Source of the DNA: Salmonella phage vB_SenM-AKM_NP4
Sequence record: OR122689.1
Length of the DNA: 24,000 nt
Direction: 5' to 3' (one strand)
Position 1 is the stretch's first letter, and the number at the start of each line of letters is the position of its first letter. This document shows positions 8,301-16,229 of this stretch, piece by piece. The notes beneath the pieces were generated by a model that had not been told where the DNA came from, ran no database searches, and worked only from the letters and a program-made list of their open reading frames with translations. A program made the translations under genes and the position numbers.

Positions 8301-8521
8301 AGATATTCCTTAAATTCATTAATCTGTTTAGATATTTTATCATTAATTGATATAAGCGGTACTTGTCCTTGGAACCAAGCGATACTCATAGCTTCGTCGC
8401 GAATCTCGTTTAGTTGAAGCAATAACGTAGATTGATGACCGCGCCACCAAGCATCTTCGGGTTTGTTAATTTCAATAGCATTAATCAACTTATCAAAATC
8501 ATCAATATCAAGAGTAAACAT
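8288..8521 (-). CDS. Small hypothetical protein (dexA.1/dexA.2-like)
   Basis: 77-aa ORF overlapping dexA start, same strand. Confidence 0.65.
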   Translation of the reverse strand: MFTLDIDDFDKLINAIEINKPEDAWWRGHQSTLLLQLNEIRDEAMSIAWFQGQVPLISINDKISKQINEFKEYLCRA

Positions 8522-8530
8522 ATTTGTTCC

Positions 8531-9856
8531 TTATACAAAGAAAACATCATGGCGGCCACGAGTTGCACCCACATAAAGAAGTTCTAGCTTAAACTTATTA
8601 TCGCTGCTTACGTGAATACACGGAGTATAAATGAAACTACTATCTACAGAAATACCCTGAGCTTTATGGAACGTTGAACAAGGTAAAGCTTTAACCTTAT
8701 GAAATTTTCGTTTAGCATCCCAGAATTCTGACCAAGGAGCTTTACCGCCTTTATTCCAGTTTTTATAAGTATCTGCCGTCTTTGCCAAGAAAAACTGAAA
8801 TTTGTTCATTTCTTGTTCGTCAGATATTACATTAATTTTCTCACGAGCATATTCTTCATCGTCATAAGTTTCTACATCTAAAACCCAGTGACGAATTAGA
8901 TGTTCACCAGATACTCCCTTTGCTCCCAAGAATGAAGATGTGTAATCTGCACTTAGAATACGAACATATTGACCATTAGTAAATAATGTTTCATGGAATT
9001 TTTTTCCCTCAAATACAAGTTCCCTCATTAAAGGTTCTTGCATAACAATAACTTCTCCTACTACGAACGCTTCTTCCGTTTGATATAAACGTCTACGAAT
9101 GATAGAGTTTAATTTATCAACCGACTTATTTGTGAATGCGAGCATTCGGTTTTCAAACAAATCTTCCGGTGATTTGACGATACTAAAATATTGCATCATA
9201 AAATCTTTAAGTGCCGTTGTACTTGTAAATCCATGCACACCATGACCATCAACAGTTTTTTCGTAAATCCATGAACCGTTTCTTATATCAGTAGCAACAT
9301 CAATAATCGGAGCGTTACTGCGCATTACTTCAGTAAGATTTAATTGTTTAAAATCTTTATGAATAAAGAAAGGAGATATATGAGCTTCTGTTTCTCCAGG
9401 GTCAACCGGACGAATTTGAGCGACATCTCCAATAGCGACTATAGTACACCATTTAGGAATTGAAGCCATTAGTATTTTAAATAATTTGCGGTCCCACATT
9501 GAAGCTTCGTCACATATTAGCACTCGGCATGATGCTAAATCTGGCACTTCTTTTTGTTCAAACAACATACTTTCTTCATATGTTGTGGGGTTAATTTTTA
9601 AAATTTTATGAATAGTATTAGCTTCCATGCCGGACAATTTGGTTAATACTTTTTTGGCTGCATGTGTAGGAGCCGTCAAAATAATACCAGTTTCGCCAGT
9701 AGAAACTAAATGCTCCATGATAAATTTTGTTAACGTAGTTTTACCAGTACCCGCTGGACCGTTGATAGTAACATGGTTTTTCTTTTCTTTTATAGCTCTA
9801 ATAGTTTCATCAAATGCTAGTTTCTGGCCAGAAGTCAACTGCTCAAATGTAATCAT
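8531..9856 (-). CDS. dda: Dda 5'-3' DNA helicase (SF1B)
   Basis: 441 aa; Walker A TINGPAGTGKTTLTKFI, helicase motif LICDEASMWD, GDVAQIRPV, STFHKAQGISVDSSFIY. Confidence 0.96.
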   Translation of the reverse strand: MITFEQLTSGQKLAFDETIRAIKEKKNHVTINGPAGTGKTTLTKFIMEHLVSTGETGIILTAPTHAAKKVLTKLSGMEANTIHKILKINPTTYEESMLFEQKEVPDLASCRVLICDEASMWDRKLFKILMASIPKWCTIVAIGDVAQIRPVDPGETEAHISPFFIHKDFKQLNLTEVMRSNAPIIDVATDIRNGSWIYEKTVDGHGVHGFTSTTALKDFMMQYFSIVKSPEDLFENRMLAFTNKSVDKLNSIIRRRLYQTEEAFVVGEVIVMQEPLMRELVFEGKKFHETLFTNGQYVRILSADYTSSFLGAKGVSGEHLIRHWVLDVETYDDEEYAREKINVISDEQEMNKFQFFLAKTADTYKNWNKGGKAPWSEFWDAKRKFHKVKALPCSTFHKAQGISVDSSFIYTPCIHVSSDNKFKLELLYVGATRGRHDVFFV

Positions 9857-10152
9857 ACCACTGATACCCTTTTAACACTTAATGTGTTCATAATTTGTCT
9901 GTTCATTCTACTTTCAATTTCAGAAAGCTTTTTAAACTTCATTTCAACTTTATCGAACCAGAAACGACGTTTCTTAATTGTAGTTTCTACTTTACCGACA
10001 TTCAATATATGAGTAAGATAAGTTTTTAGCTGCTCATAGTGCTTCACAGCATCATCAAATTTTTCATAGATTGTAGCCTTTCCAGATTCGAAGTACGGGA
10101 GTTCAAACCCGTCTTTATCTTTGTAGACTAACATGTATCCATAGTGCATCAC
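9853..10152 (-). CDS. Hypothetical protein (dda.1-like)
   Basis: 99-aa ORF overlapping dda start. Confidence 0.65.
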   Translation of the reverse strand: MMHYGYMLVYKDKDGFELPYFESGKATIYEKFDDAVKHYEQLKTYLTHILNVGKVETTIKKRRFWFDKVEMKFKKLSEIESRMNRQIMNTLSVKRVSVV

Positions 10153-10931
10153 ATTTTGCCTCGGATAAGTTGTAACAATGTTGCAGAAAGTGGAAGACCT
10201 TTTTTCAGCTTCGCTTTATCCAAACGAGATAAATTTTGGAAACGAGTAAGACCTTGAATAATAATATCATAATCTTTCACGGTGATTTCTGCTTTGCTAT
10301 TCTTTTTGGATGCAGCGCCTGAAGTTACAGCTTCAGAAGACGGGTATTTTTCAAATATTCTCTTTAATGTTTTAATTCCGCCTTTGATGCGAGTTTCTAG
10401 AGAATCGCGAGTGTCTTTCTGTATTCCGGCTTGCTTAAGATGACTGCGGCGGGCCTGCACGTTTGCCCAAATGCGTTTAGCTTCTTCACGGCGGACACCG
10501 GAAATTTTAGACCAATCAGGCTCTTTGTTCCAATCATGAGTTTCTAATACAAAGTCAGAATGATTGAGGTCAACAGCAGGTTCTACAACTTTGTTTTTAG
10601 AGTCAACGGCGGAAACGATGCGCGCAGCTAGTTCTTCTTGCTTTTTAATGAGGTCATCAATTTCGAAGTTGGCGCGCAGTTTATTGTACTTCATTTTAAC
10701 AGGAATAACGTTGCCTTCTACATATCCTTTGTTGTTATCAAACCGCTCGAGAGTCATTTGGTCAGGCCCAAGTTCCTTCTTGAACTTTTCTCCTGAATAT
10801 GCACAAGTATCTTGCTCCATGATGTTCATCAAGTACTTCAAAGAAAGATTAAATTCTTTACTTCTAGAAGAAGCACTTTTGTATGTATGAACCAAACGTT
10901 GAGCGATAACAATTTCACGAGGCATGGCCAT
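10149..10931 (-). CDS. Srd-like (sigma70 decoy position) protein carrying an HNH-like segment
   Basis: 260 aa; position after dda/dda.1; CAYSGEKF...MTLERFDNNKGYVEGNVIPVKMKYNKLR. Confidence 0.55.
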   Translation of the reverse strand: MAMPREIVIAQRLVHTYKSASSRSKEFNLSLKYLMNIMEQDTCAYSGEKFKKELGPDQMTLERFDNNKGYVEGNVIPVKMKYNKLRANFEIDDLIKKQEELAARIVSAVDSKNKVVEPAVDLNHSDFVLETHDWNKEPDWSKISGVRREEAKRIWANVQARRSHLKQAGIQKDTRDSLETRIKGGIKTLKRIFEKYPSSEAVTSGAASKKNSKAEITVKDYDIIIQGLTRFQNLSRLDKAKLKKGLPLSATLLQLIRGKM

Positions 10932-10986
10932 AACGATATTCCTTATTTGCTTTTTATGCGAATGTGGTATAATGGTTTCAAGGATT

Positions 10987-11016
10987 ATTCTAATACACTC
11001 TATCCGGAAAGTAAAC
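10987..11016 (-). promoter_or_regulatory. T4-type early promoter
   Basis: Minus strand GTTTAC, 18-nt spacer, TAGAAT; upstream of 10149..10931. Confidence 0.7.
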
Positions 11017-11018
11017 GG

Positions 11019-11651
11019 TTAGAATGAATAAAAATCCAAATGATATACAGTATATGACGGAGATAAAGGGTCATACTGTAACTCTTCAATCTCCACTATC
11101 TCAAATTGTGTTCCAATAGGGAACATCCATTCATCTTCTCCATTGACCATTTCAAGTTTATCCAGTCTTTCATCAAAAATAAAATCTGGGTCTATGCTGT
11201 GCATAAATTCTGTGTCTGGCGCAGCCAGAAGCATATTCAGTGCGTGCTCTTGATAGTTAAAAGCAAATGGGCAATTACGTAATGACAAAATAGTATGAGT
11301 ACCATACACACTCCCTCCAGCGAATTGTCTTGCTGTGGAAAAATCTGATGTAAACGACGTAACTCGGTCATCAGCAATAATTCTTCCTACAGCCATATTT
11401 TTCAACCAAGCTTCGGTACGTTTTGACACTCCTCTGTAGAGTTCAACTGGAACGTCAGAACTAATATGCTTACGTATAATTTTGTCCAGTTCTACATGCA
11501 AAGTTTTGTCAATTTTATCATTCATACACTGCCAAAGTATGCTCTGTTCAAAATCACTGAACATCTTAATTTTTTCTTCATACAATCCATAGAGATTGTT
11601 ATCAACTATGTTACAAACGATTTCATTAAGCTGAGAATTTGTGTATAACAT
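11019..11651 (-). CDS. ModA/ModB-family RNA polymerase/protein ADP-ribosyltransferase
   Basis: 210 aa; VELYRGVS, RVTSFTSDFSTARQFAGG, NGEDEWMFPIGTQFEI (ExE) and C-terminal SPSYTVYHLDF resembling T4 ModA. Confidence 0.85.
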   Translation of the reverse strand: MLYTNSQLNEIVCNIVDNNLYGLYEEKIKMFSDFEQSILWQCMNDKIDKTLHVELDKIIRKHISSDVPVELYRGVSKRTEAWLKNMAVGRIIADDRVTSFTSDFSTARQFAGGSVYGTHTILSLRNCPFAFNYQEHALNMLLAAPDTEFMHSIDPDFIFDERLDKLEMVNGEDEWMFPIGTQFEIVEIEELQYDPLSPSYTVYHLDFYSF

Positions 11652-11676
11652 AATAGCCTCCGTAGTTTACAGAAGC

Positions 11677-11706
11677 TATCATAACACATTTTGACTGGGA
11701 TGTAAA
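11677..11706 (-). promoter_or_regulatory. T4-type early promoter
   Basis: Minus strand GTTTAC, 18-nt spacer, TATGAT; upstream of the ADP-ribosyltransferase gene. Confidence 0.75.
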
Positions 11707-11709
11707 CGG

Positions 11710-11904
11710 TTATTCTGTCCACGGAGCCCAAGGAGGAGGGTCTAACCAGATAGAAGAGAGTTCTTCTACGAAAGTGTCGTTGAGTTTTACACCATGCCGT
11801 AAGGCAAGAACAAAAAGCTCTTGTTTGATTTCAGCACGTCGGTTGCCAAATGCTTCTGAATTTTTTGACTGGTCTTCTTCAAATAAATCAAATAAATCCG
11901 ACAT
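11710..11904 (-). CDS. Small hypothetical protein (srh-like by position)
   Basis: 64-aa ORF, overlapping the following gene's start by the shared ATG/TAA-type junction. Confidence 0.55.
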   Translation of the reverse strand: MSDLFDLFEEDQSKNSEAFGNRRAEIKQELFVLALRHGVKLNDTFVEELSSIWLDPPPWAPWTE

Positions 11905-12389
11905 TACATACCTCTGATGTATTTGACAGCAGTTACGGACATAGTTTTTTCTTCAAATCCATTACGACGAATTCCAGTATCATTAAAATGATGCCAAATG
12001 AATTTTTCCAATTCAACGATGTGTTCAGGAGTATTTACAATAAATTTTTTGAAGATTTTTTTGCCATATCCATCTGTACGACACAAAGGTTCGCTAAAAT
12101 TGAATTCCGGAAAAATGTATTTCTGACTAAGCAAAGTTTCTACCATACCAAACGGTGAATTTTCGCATTTGTCGATATTACAATCATGAATGATTTCTAA
12201 CAATGCATTTTCGGGAATTCGCATTTTCATAAACTGCTTTTCTAGATTATTATAATGCTCGTTTGAAAAAGGTGCAGGTTCACCATACTGAGTTAGAACA
12301 ACTTCAAACTTTTCTCGAGTTTCTTCTACTCGTCGATTAGTTCTTTTATAGAATTTCACTACAAATGACTTTGTTTTCATATTTTTCAT
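11904..12389 (-). CDS. Mrh-like protein (modulator of heat-shock sigma, by position and size)
   Basis: 161 aa; located two genes from soc; synteny-based. Confidence 0.55.
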   Translation of the reverse strand: MKNMKTKSFVVKFYKRTNRRVEETREKFEVVLTQYGEPAPFSNEHYNNLEKQFMKMRIPENALLEIIHDCNIDKCENSPFGMVETLLSQKYIFPEFNFSEPLCRTDGYGKKIFKKFIVNTPEHIVELEKFIWHHFNDTGIRRNGFEEKTMSVTAVKYIRGM

Positions 12390-12403
12390 GATATTCTCTT
12401 ATT

Positions 12404-12607
12404 TTATGACTTATCGCCGTAAATGTTAGTTAAAAGCTTTTTAGCTTCTATTGAAATACGTTTAGCTTCTTGTTCATTGCGCCAATTTCTAGCGTATTCT
12501 TCCGCTTCATGTTGAAGTTCTTGCTCAACTTTAGCAACCCATTCATCATCTAAATGAGTAGGTGTTTCAAACCAATTTTTGAATTCTTCGTACCATCGTT
12601 TAATCAT
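12404..12607 (-). CDS. Small hypothetical protein
   Basis: 67-aa ORF, operon-like junctions. Confidence 0.6.
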   Translation of the reverse strand: MIKRWYEEFKNWFETPTHLDDEWVAKVEQELQHEAEEYARNWRNEQEAKRISIEAKKLLTNIYGDKS

Positions 12608-12843
12608 AACCAGGATGTCCCAAAGCGAATAACAGATTTTTCACCTACAAAGTGAAAGTGAGCCTCATATACGACACGTAAAGCAGTACCTTCCTCACGG
12701 TAGCAATGAATAAAGATGTCTACTAAATCATACAGATTTGGGCTATTTGCGATAAACAAATGTTCATGAATTAAGCGATTTGCAATAAGACTATTGATAC
12801 CACCAACTTCTTCAACTGGCTTCATCCAGTTAGATGTTTTCAT
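12604..12843 (-). CDS. Small hypothetical protein (79 aa; start at MKTSNWMKPVEEV)
   Basis: ORF track start (12930) would run back through a promoter and terminator; internal ATG at 12843 follows a MotA-type promoter. Confidence 0.6.
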   Translation of the reverse strand: MKTSNWMKPVEEVGGINSLIANRLIHEHLFIANSPNLYDLVDIFIHCYREEGTALRVVYEAHFHFVGEKSVIRFGTSWL

Positions 12844-12868
12844 AATATTATCCTCATTTGATAAAAGA

Positions 12869-12894
12869 ATTATATCATATCGTTTAAAAGCAAA
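12869..12894 (-). promoter_or_regulatory. MotA-type middle promoter
   Basis: Minus strand TTTGCTTTTAAACGATATGATATAAT. Confidence 0.65.
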
Positions 12895-12896
12895 AA

Positions 12897-12918
12897 AGGG
12901 ACTCCCGAAGGAGTCCCT
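12897..12918 (-). terminator. Rho-independent terminator after soc
   Basis: Minus strand AGGGACTCC-TTCG-GGAGTCCCT followed by T-run; copy of hairpin at 2722..2743. Confidence 0.88.
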
Positions 12919-12922
12919 GCAA

Positions 12923-13168
12923 TCAATCACCTGGTACTACTGGCGGTACGCCTTTAAACATATCAGCGTTTTTGGCAATCCAAGCGTCTCTTTGGTCCTC
13001 TTCAAAAACGGTAGAATACGCCGCTTTTTCGGAAGGGAAGAGTTGATAATGAGAACCAGCAATTTGATGCACGTCGGAGTAAAGCTTAAAAGCTACAGAA
13101 ACTTCCATACCTTTTACTTCACCGTCGGCATTTGTATGGTCAAACGTTTTTACGTTAACATAACTCAT
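12923..13168 (-). CDS. soc: Small outer capsid protein
   Basis: MSYVNVKTFDHTNADGEVKGMEVSVAFKLYSDVHQIAGSHYQLFPSEKAAYSTVFEEDQRDAWIAKN closely matches T4 Soc (YVNIKTFEQKL...EISVAFPLYSDVHKISGAHYQTFPSEKAAYSTVYEENQRTEWIA). Confidence 0.96.
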   Translation of the reverse strand: MSYVNVKTFDHTNADGEVKGMEVSVAFKLYSDVHQIAGSHYQLFPSEKAAYSTVFEEDQRDAWIAKNADMFKGVPPVVPGD

Positions 13169-13201
13169 GTAATTCTCCTTTGTTGATTACATGAGTATTT
13201 A

Positions 13202-13354
13202 TTAATAGTTATTTAAAGCCTCTACTATATCTGCTATGATATCTTCAGAATCGCCAATAAGTTCTCGAAGAGATTTGTACTTATCTTCTGGACTTAGAGG
13301 ATTTAAGCCCCAATATTTTATTAAAGCATTTTCAATATCAGAATATGAAATCAT
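13202..13354 (-). CDS. Small hypothetical protein (50 aa, MISYSDIENALIKYWGLNPLSPEDKYKSLRELIGDSEDIIADIVEALNNY)
   Basis: Manual translation; start overlaps the dCTPase stop; not in ORF track. Confidence 0.65.
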   Translation of the reverse strand: MISYSDIENALIKYWGLNPLSPEDKYKSLRELIGDSEDIIADIVEALNNY

Positions 13355-13872
13355 TAGTATCCTCGGTTTTGCCGCTCAAAGTTTTCAGCATTTTTCAGAT
13401 AGTAAAGTTTAAAGATTTCTTCAGCCGACATGCCTAATCCTTGGAACATATTCAACACAAAGTGAAGAATATCAATCATTTCAAATTTAATTTCTAATTG
13501 GTCTTTTGAAGACATTTCAGAAATAAGACGATTGCGTAATTCTGCATGTTGTGCTTTCCACGGTTTCCAGACAGAAGAAGCAGCCTTCTCGCCATTAGAC
13601 ATACCGCCCAGAGAAGTCAACAGCTCACGGAATTCGTCATCGATATAATCTTTCTGATTACGTAGCCAATCAACAACTTCACCAGCTTTAGCTAAGTCAT
13701 CTGGATTGCGGTTATAGTCAGGTTTATCATTTGCTAGACGCACTTGCAATGATTTTTGCATGTCAAGCATCACTTGAAGCGGGTCAATACCAGCATTCAC
13801 AGCATCATAATACGCATTTTCTGCTTTTTCATTGCCAGAGATGAGTTGAGAACATTCATTAAAATGGGCCAT
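13354..13872 (-). CDS. 56: dCTP pyrophosphatase / dCTPase
   Basis: MAHFNECSQLISG...DPLQVMLDMQKSLQVRLANDKPD...AGEVVDWLRNQKDYIDDEFRELLTSLGGMSNGEKAASSVWKPWK... matches T4 gp56; start at MAHF (13872). Confidence 0.96.
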   Translation of the reverse strand: MAHFNECSQLISGNEKAENAYYDAVNAGIDPLQVMLDMQKSLQVRLANDKPDYNRNPDDLAKAGEVVDWLRNQKDYIDDEFRELLTSLGGMSNGEKAASSVWKPWKAQHAELRNRLISEMSSKDQLEIKFEMIDILHFVLNMFQGLGMSAEEIFKLYYLKNAENFERQNRGY

Positions 13873-13912
13873 TATATTTCCTGTCAAAGTATTAAATAGT
13901 TTAGGAGGATTT

Positions 13913-14122
13913 ATGTCTGAAAAAATTAAAACCCCAGAAAATAAAAATCTGAAGTCTCAATTCGTTGAGAACAAAGGTAAATTAATCTTAGTTGGAGTTA
14001 TTACAGCTGTAATAACAGCATGGAACTATATTATCATCCCTTTCGCATTAGCATATGGGTTTACTTTACCTCCAATTCCATTGGATAAAGTTATTCATTT
14101 CATTATGCTCGGAGGATTTTAA
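13913..14122 (+). CDS. Small membrane protein, holin-like in character (two hydrophobic stretches)
   Basis: Only plus-strand gene; AGGAGG at 13903..13908; KLILVGVITAVITAWNYIIIPFALAYGFTLPPIPLDKVIHFIMLGGF. Confidence 0.75.
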   Translation: MSEKIKTPENKNLKSQFVENKGKLILVGVITAVITAWNYIIIPFALAYGFTLPPIPLDKVIHFIMLGGF

Positions 14123-15147
14123 ACTCCAATCTTTGAGTAATTCTTAAGGCGAAGTTGAGCCATCAAACCCGAAGATATATTTTCGGAAATATATTTTTCG
14201 ATGTCTTCAACTTTCGCCCCTTCATTTTTTATCATATCATTAATGTCTTTTTCTTTCCATTGAGATTTATCCCAAAACACAACTCTTTCGCCAGCGTCTA
14301 TCAAACGCTTCATTCGCTTGATTGTGTCTTCTTTTCTTGGTTCATGGTCCATAATCCATACTCTATCTTCTTTAAATGGAACCAAATCCAAATCAATAGC
14401 GCCACCGGTGATGGCAATAGCATTGCCCAAGAACAATGAGTCTATCGGGCCTTCTAATACAAAAATATTTTGACCGGTCTTTGCTGTGTCTAATCCGTAT
14501 ATTTTTGTTGCATGTTCGTTTCGTTTAATTGTTATGTATTTTTGAGGGGCGTCTTTACGCAATGCTCTTCCTTGAAAACTTTCAATAATACCTTTCTCAT
14601 TAAAGATTGGAATTACTAAACGAGGCTCATTACGTTCTGTTTTATAAGTTCCGGGATTAACGGAATTCACCAAAGCTGGCCATTCCATCGTAAAATACAA
14701 ACGGTTCCAACGCGATTTTGGAATACAACGATGTTTAACGTATTTTATAATAGGATGCTCTTCTGACAAACTATCTAAGCGGCTGCAATGAACTAATTTA
14801 ATTCCTTCTGGTTCTTTAATTTCAACTTTTTTCACCTCTGGTTTTGTATCAGGCTTAAAAGTCATTTTGTCCTTTCTGAGTTCTAAAATAAACTCACGGT
14901 ATAAATCAGGTTCATATTCCTTTAAATACACCCCAATTGGTTTTCCATAATCACAGTTATAACACTTCAAAAATACATCATCGCCCGTGCCATAAGCCCA
15001 AAAACGAGCTTTTAATGCGTCTTTCTGTGAGTCGCCACAGACTGGGCAGCGGCAGTTTAACTTGAATTGGGATACGTTGTTTACTTGACGAAAGCGAGGT
15101 AAGTGAGATAATGCGCGAAATGCAAACTCATTGTGAACCCAAGACAT
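14119..15147 (-). CDS. 61: DNA primase subunit gp61
   Basis: 342 aa; CPVCGDSQKD...CYNCDY zinc motif, FVLEGPIDSLF, DHEPRKEDT TOPRIM elements; position before sp/41. Confidence 0.95.
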   Translation of the reverse strand: MSWVHNEFAFRALSHLPRFRQVNNVSQFKLNCRCPVCGDSQKDALKARFWAYGTGDDVFLKCYNCDYGKPIGVYLKEYEPDLYREFILELRKDKMTFKPDTKPEVKKVEIKEPEGIKLVHCSRLDSLSEEHPIIKYVKHRCIPKSRWNRLYFTMEWPALVNSVNPGTYKTERNEPRLVIPIFNEKGIIESFQGRALRKDAPQKYITIKRNEHATKIYGLDTAKTGQNIFVLEGPIDSLFLGNAIAITGGAIDLDLVPFKEDRVWIMDHEPRKEDTIKRMKRLIDAGERVVFWDKSQWKEKDINDMIKNEGAKVEDIEKYISENISSGLMAQLRLKNYSKIGV

Positions 15148-15160
15148 ATATTCTCCTAAG

Positions 15161-15180
15161 TGGCCTTATTTCTAAGGCCA
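15161..15180 (-). promoter_or_regulatory. 8-bp stem, 4-nt loop hairpin just upstream of gene 61 ribosome-binding site
   Basis: TGGCCTTA-GAAA-TAAGGCCA on the minus strand, followed by CTTAGGAG and ATG of gene 61; no T-run. Confidence 0.6.
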
Positions 15181-15185
15181 TTATA

Positions 15186-15656
15186 TTACAATTTCTTAAG
15201 ATTAACTTTAATGCGCTTACGTTTTGAGGGGATTTGTTCTGGACCCTTGTTGGTTATTGCTCCGGTTGTGGTACCAGAGGCGATATTCTGGACACTTCCA
15301 CCGGAATCACCGGCTACCATGTCCTCGAACATAGGGAGAGCATCAAATATCTCTTTCTGTTCGGATTCGGTTATATTGTATCTAGAAGCGATTGAAGACC
15401 AAGCTGACATCATAGAAGCTATTCCATTTAAACCGGGAACAGTTGACATCATTCGCTTCATTGAACGAACAGCCGCGTGAAACGGAGTATACGCTGCCTT
15501 TTCTTCAGGGGTTGATGGTCGTTTAAGCACGCTGCCTTTTTCGTCAATGATTTTTGCTTCATATGCGTTCCATTCAGTGAATGGTTTTTGCATTAGACGA
15601 ATAAACTTATATGCATAAACAGCATCTATACCGTTTTTAATAGTGCTCATAAACAC
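15186..15656 (-). CDS. Conserved-type hypothetical protein (61.2-region)
   Basis: 156-aa ORF between gene 61 and sp. Confidence 0.75.
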   Translation of the reverse strand: MFMSTIKNGIDAVYAYKFIRLMQKPFTEWNAYEAKIIDEKGSVLKRPSTPEEKAAYTPFHAAVRSMKRMMSTVPGLNGIASMMSAWSSIASRYNITESEQKEIFDALPMFEDMVAGDSGGSVQNIASGTTTGAITNKGPEQIPSKRKRIKVNLKKL

Positions 15657-15668
15657 CTCCTACGATAT

Positions 15669-15866
15669 TTAATCAATAACAAAAACGGCTTTATTTCCGT
15701 TTGCGTCTGTTACTTCATAAGTATCTTCGTCATAGAGAGGTATAAACCATTCTACATCAGTATCTGACATAACAGAAATAATATTTTCTGAAATTTTTGT
15801 CATTTCGTATTCTTCAAATAAACGAAACACATCGATATTTGTACTTGTGCAAGTTGCAGTAGACAT
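15669..15866 (-). CDS. Small hypothetical acidic protein
   Basis: 65-aa ORF on operon strand. Confidence 0.6.
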   Translation of the reverse strand: MSTATCTSTNIDVFRLFEEYEMTKISENIISVMSDTDVEWFIPLYDEDTYEVTDANGNKAVFVID

Positions 15867-15878
15867 TTAGCCTCTCAT

Positions 15879-16169
15879 TTAAAGTCCAATCCATTCCAGC
15901 ACTTCAGGAACTGATTTATTTTCACAATAAAGATTAGTGCCAGCAACTACCAAATCATTCTGGTCGACATCTTCAATGAGCATCTTTTGATTCGCATTAG
16001 CTCCAGCAAGAAGGTCTTTAATTAGCTTAGGTTTTACCGTATCCCAATCACCTTCGACAAATTTAAGGCATTGAATAGAATTATAATCAGCTACTCCCGG
16101 AGTTGCATGGGCTGGAACTGCTGAACATGATGCTACTACCAATACGAGACTTGCAATTAACTTTTTCAT
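15879..16169 (-). CDS. sp: Spackle-like periplasmic protein (superinfection exclusion, inhibits gp5 lysozyme)
   Basis: Start at MKKLIASLVLVVASCSAVPAHATPG (signal peptide), mature part with two Cys, 96 aa; position between 61 and 41 as T4 61.3. ORF-track N-terminus (16217) runs through the promoter. Confidence 0.8.
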   Translation of the reverse strand: MKKLIASLVLVVASCSAVPAHATPGVADYNSIQCLKFVEGDWDTVKPKLIKDLLAGANANQKMLIEDVDQNDLVVAGTNLYCENKSVPEVLEWIGL

Positions 16170-16197
16170 TATTACTCTCCAGTTTGTTGATAAAGTA

Positions 16198-16227
16198 ATA
16201 GTATCACATCCTTCCATGGATGTAAAC
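16198..16227 (-). promoter_or_regulatory. T4-type early promoter ahead of sp
   Basis: Minus strand GTTTAC, 18-nt spacer CATCCATGGAAGGATGTG..., TACTAT; 26 nt identical to region at 23100..23125. Confidence 0.75.
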
Positions 16228-16229
16228 GG

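Noticed and set aside
12844-12930. N-terminal extension of ORF 12604..12930
   Set aside because: It would translate the soc terminator and MotA-type promoter; start moved to ATG at 12843.
13023-13100. Possible alternative interpretation of 12923..13168 as an unknown protein
   Set aside because: Residue pattern (SVAFKLYSDVHQIAGSHYQLFPSEKAAYSTVFEEDQR) clearly matches Soc.
13886-13900. TATTAAATA as a T4-type late promoter for the plus-strand gene
   Set aside because: Differs from the TATAAATA late consensus by an inserted base; insufficient to call.
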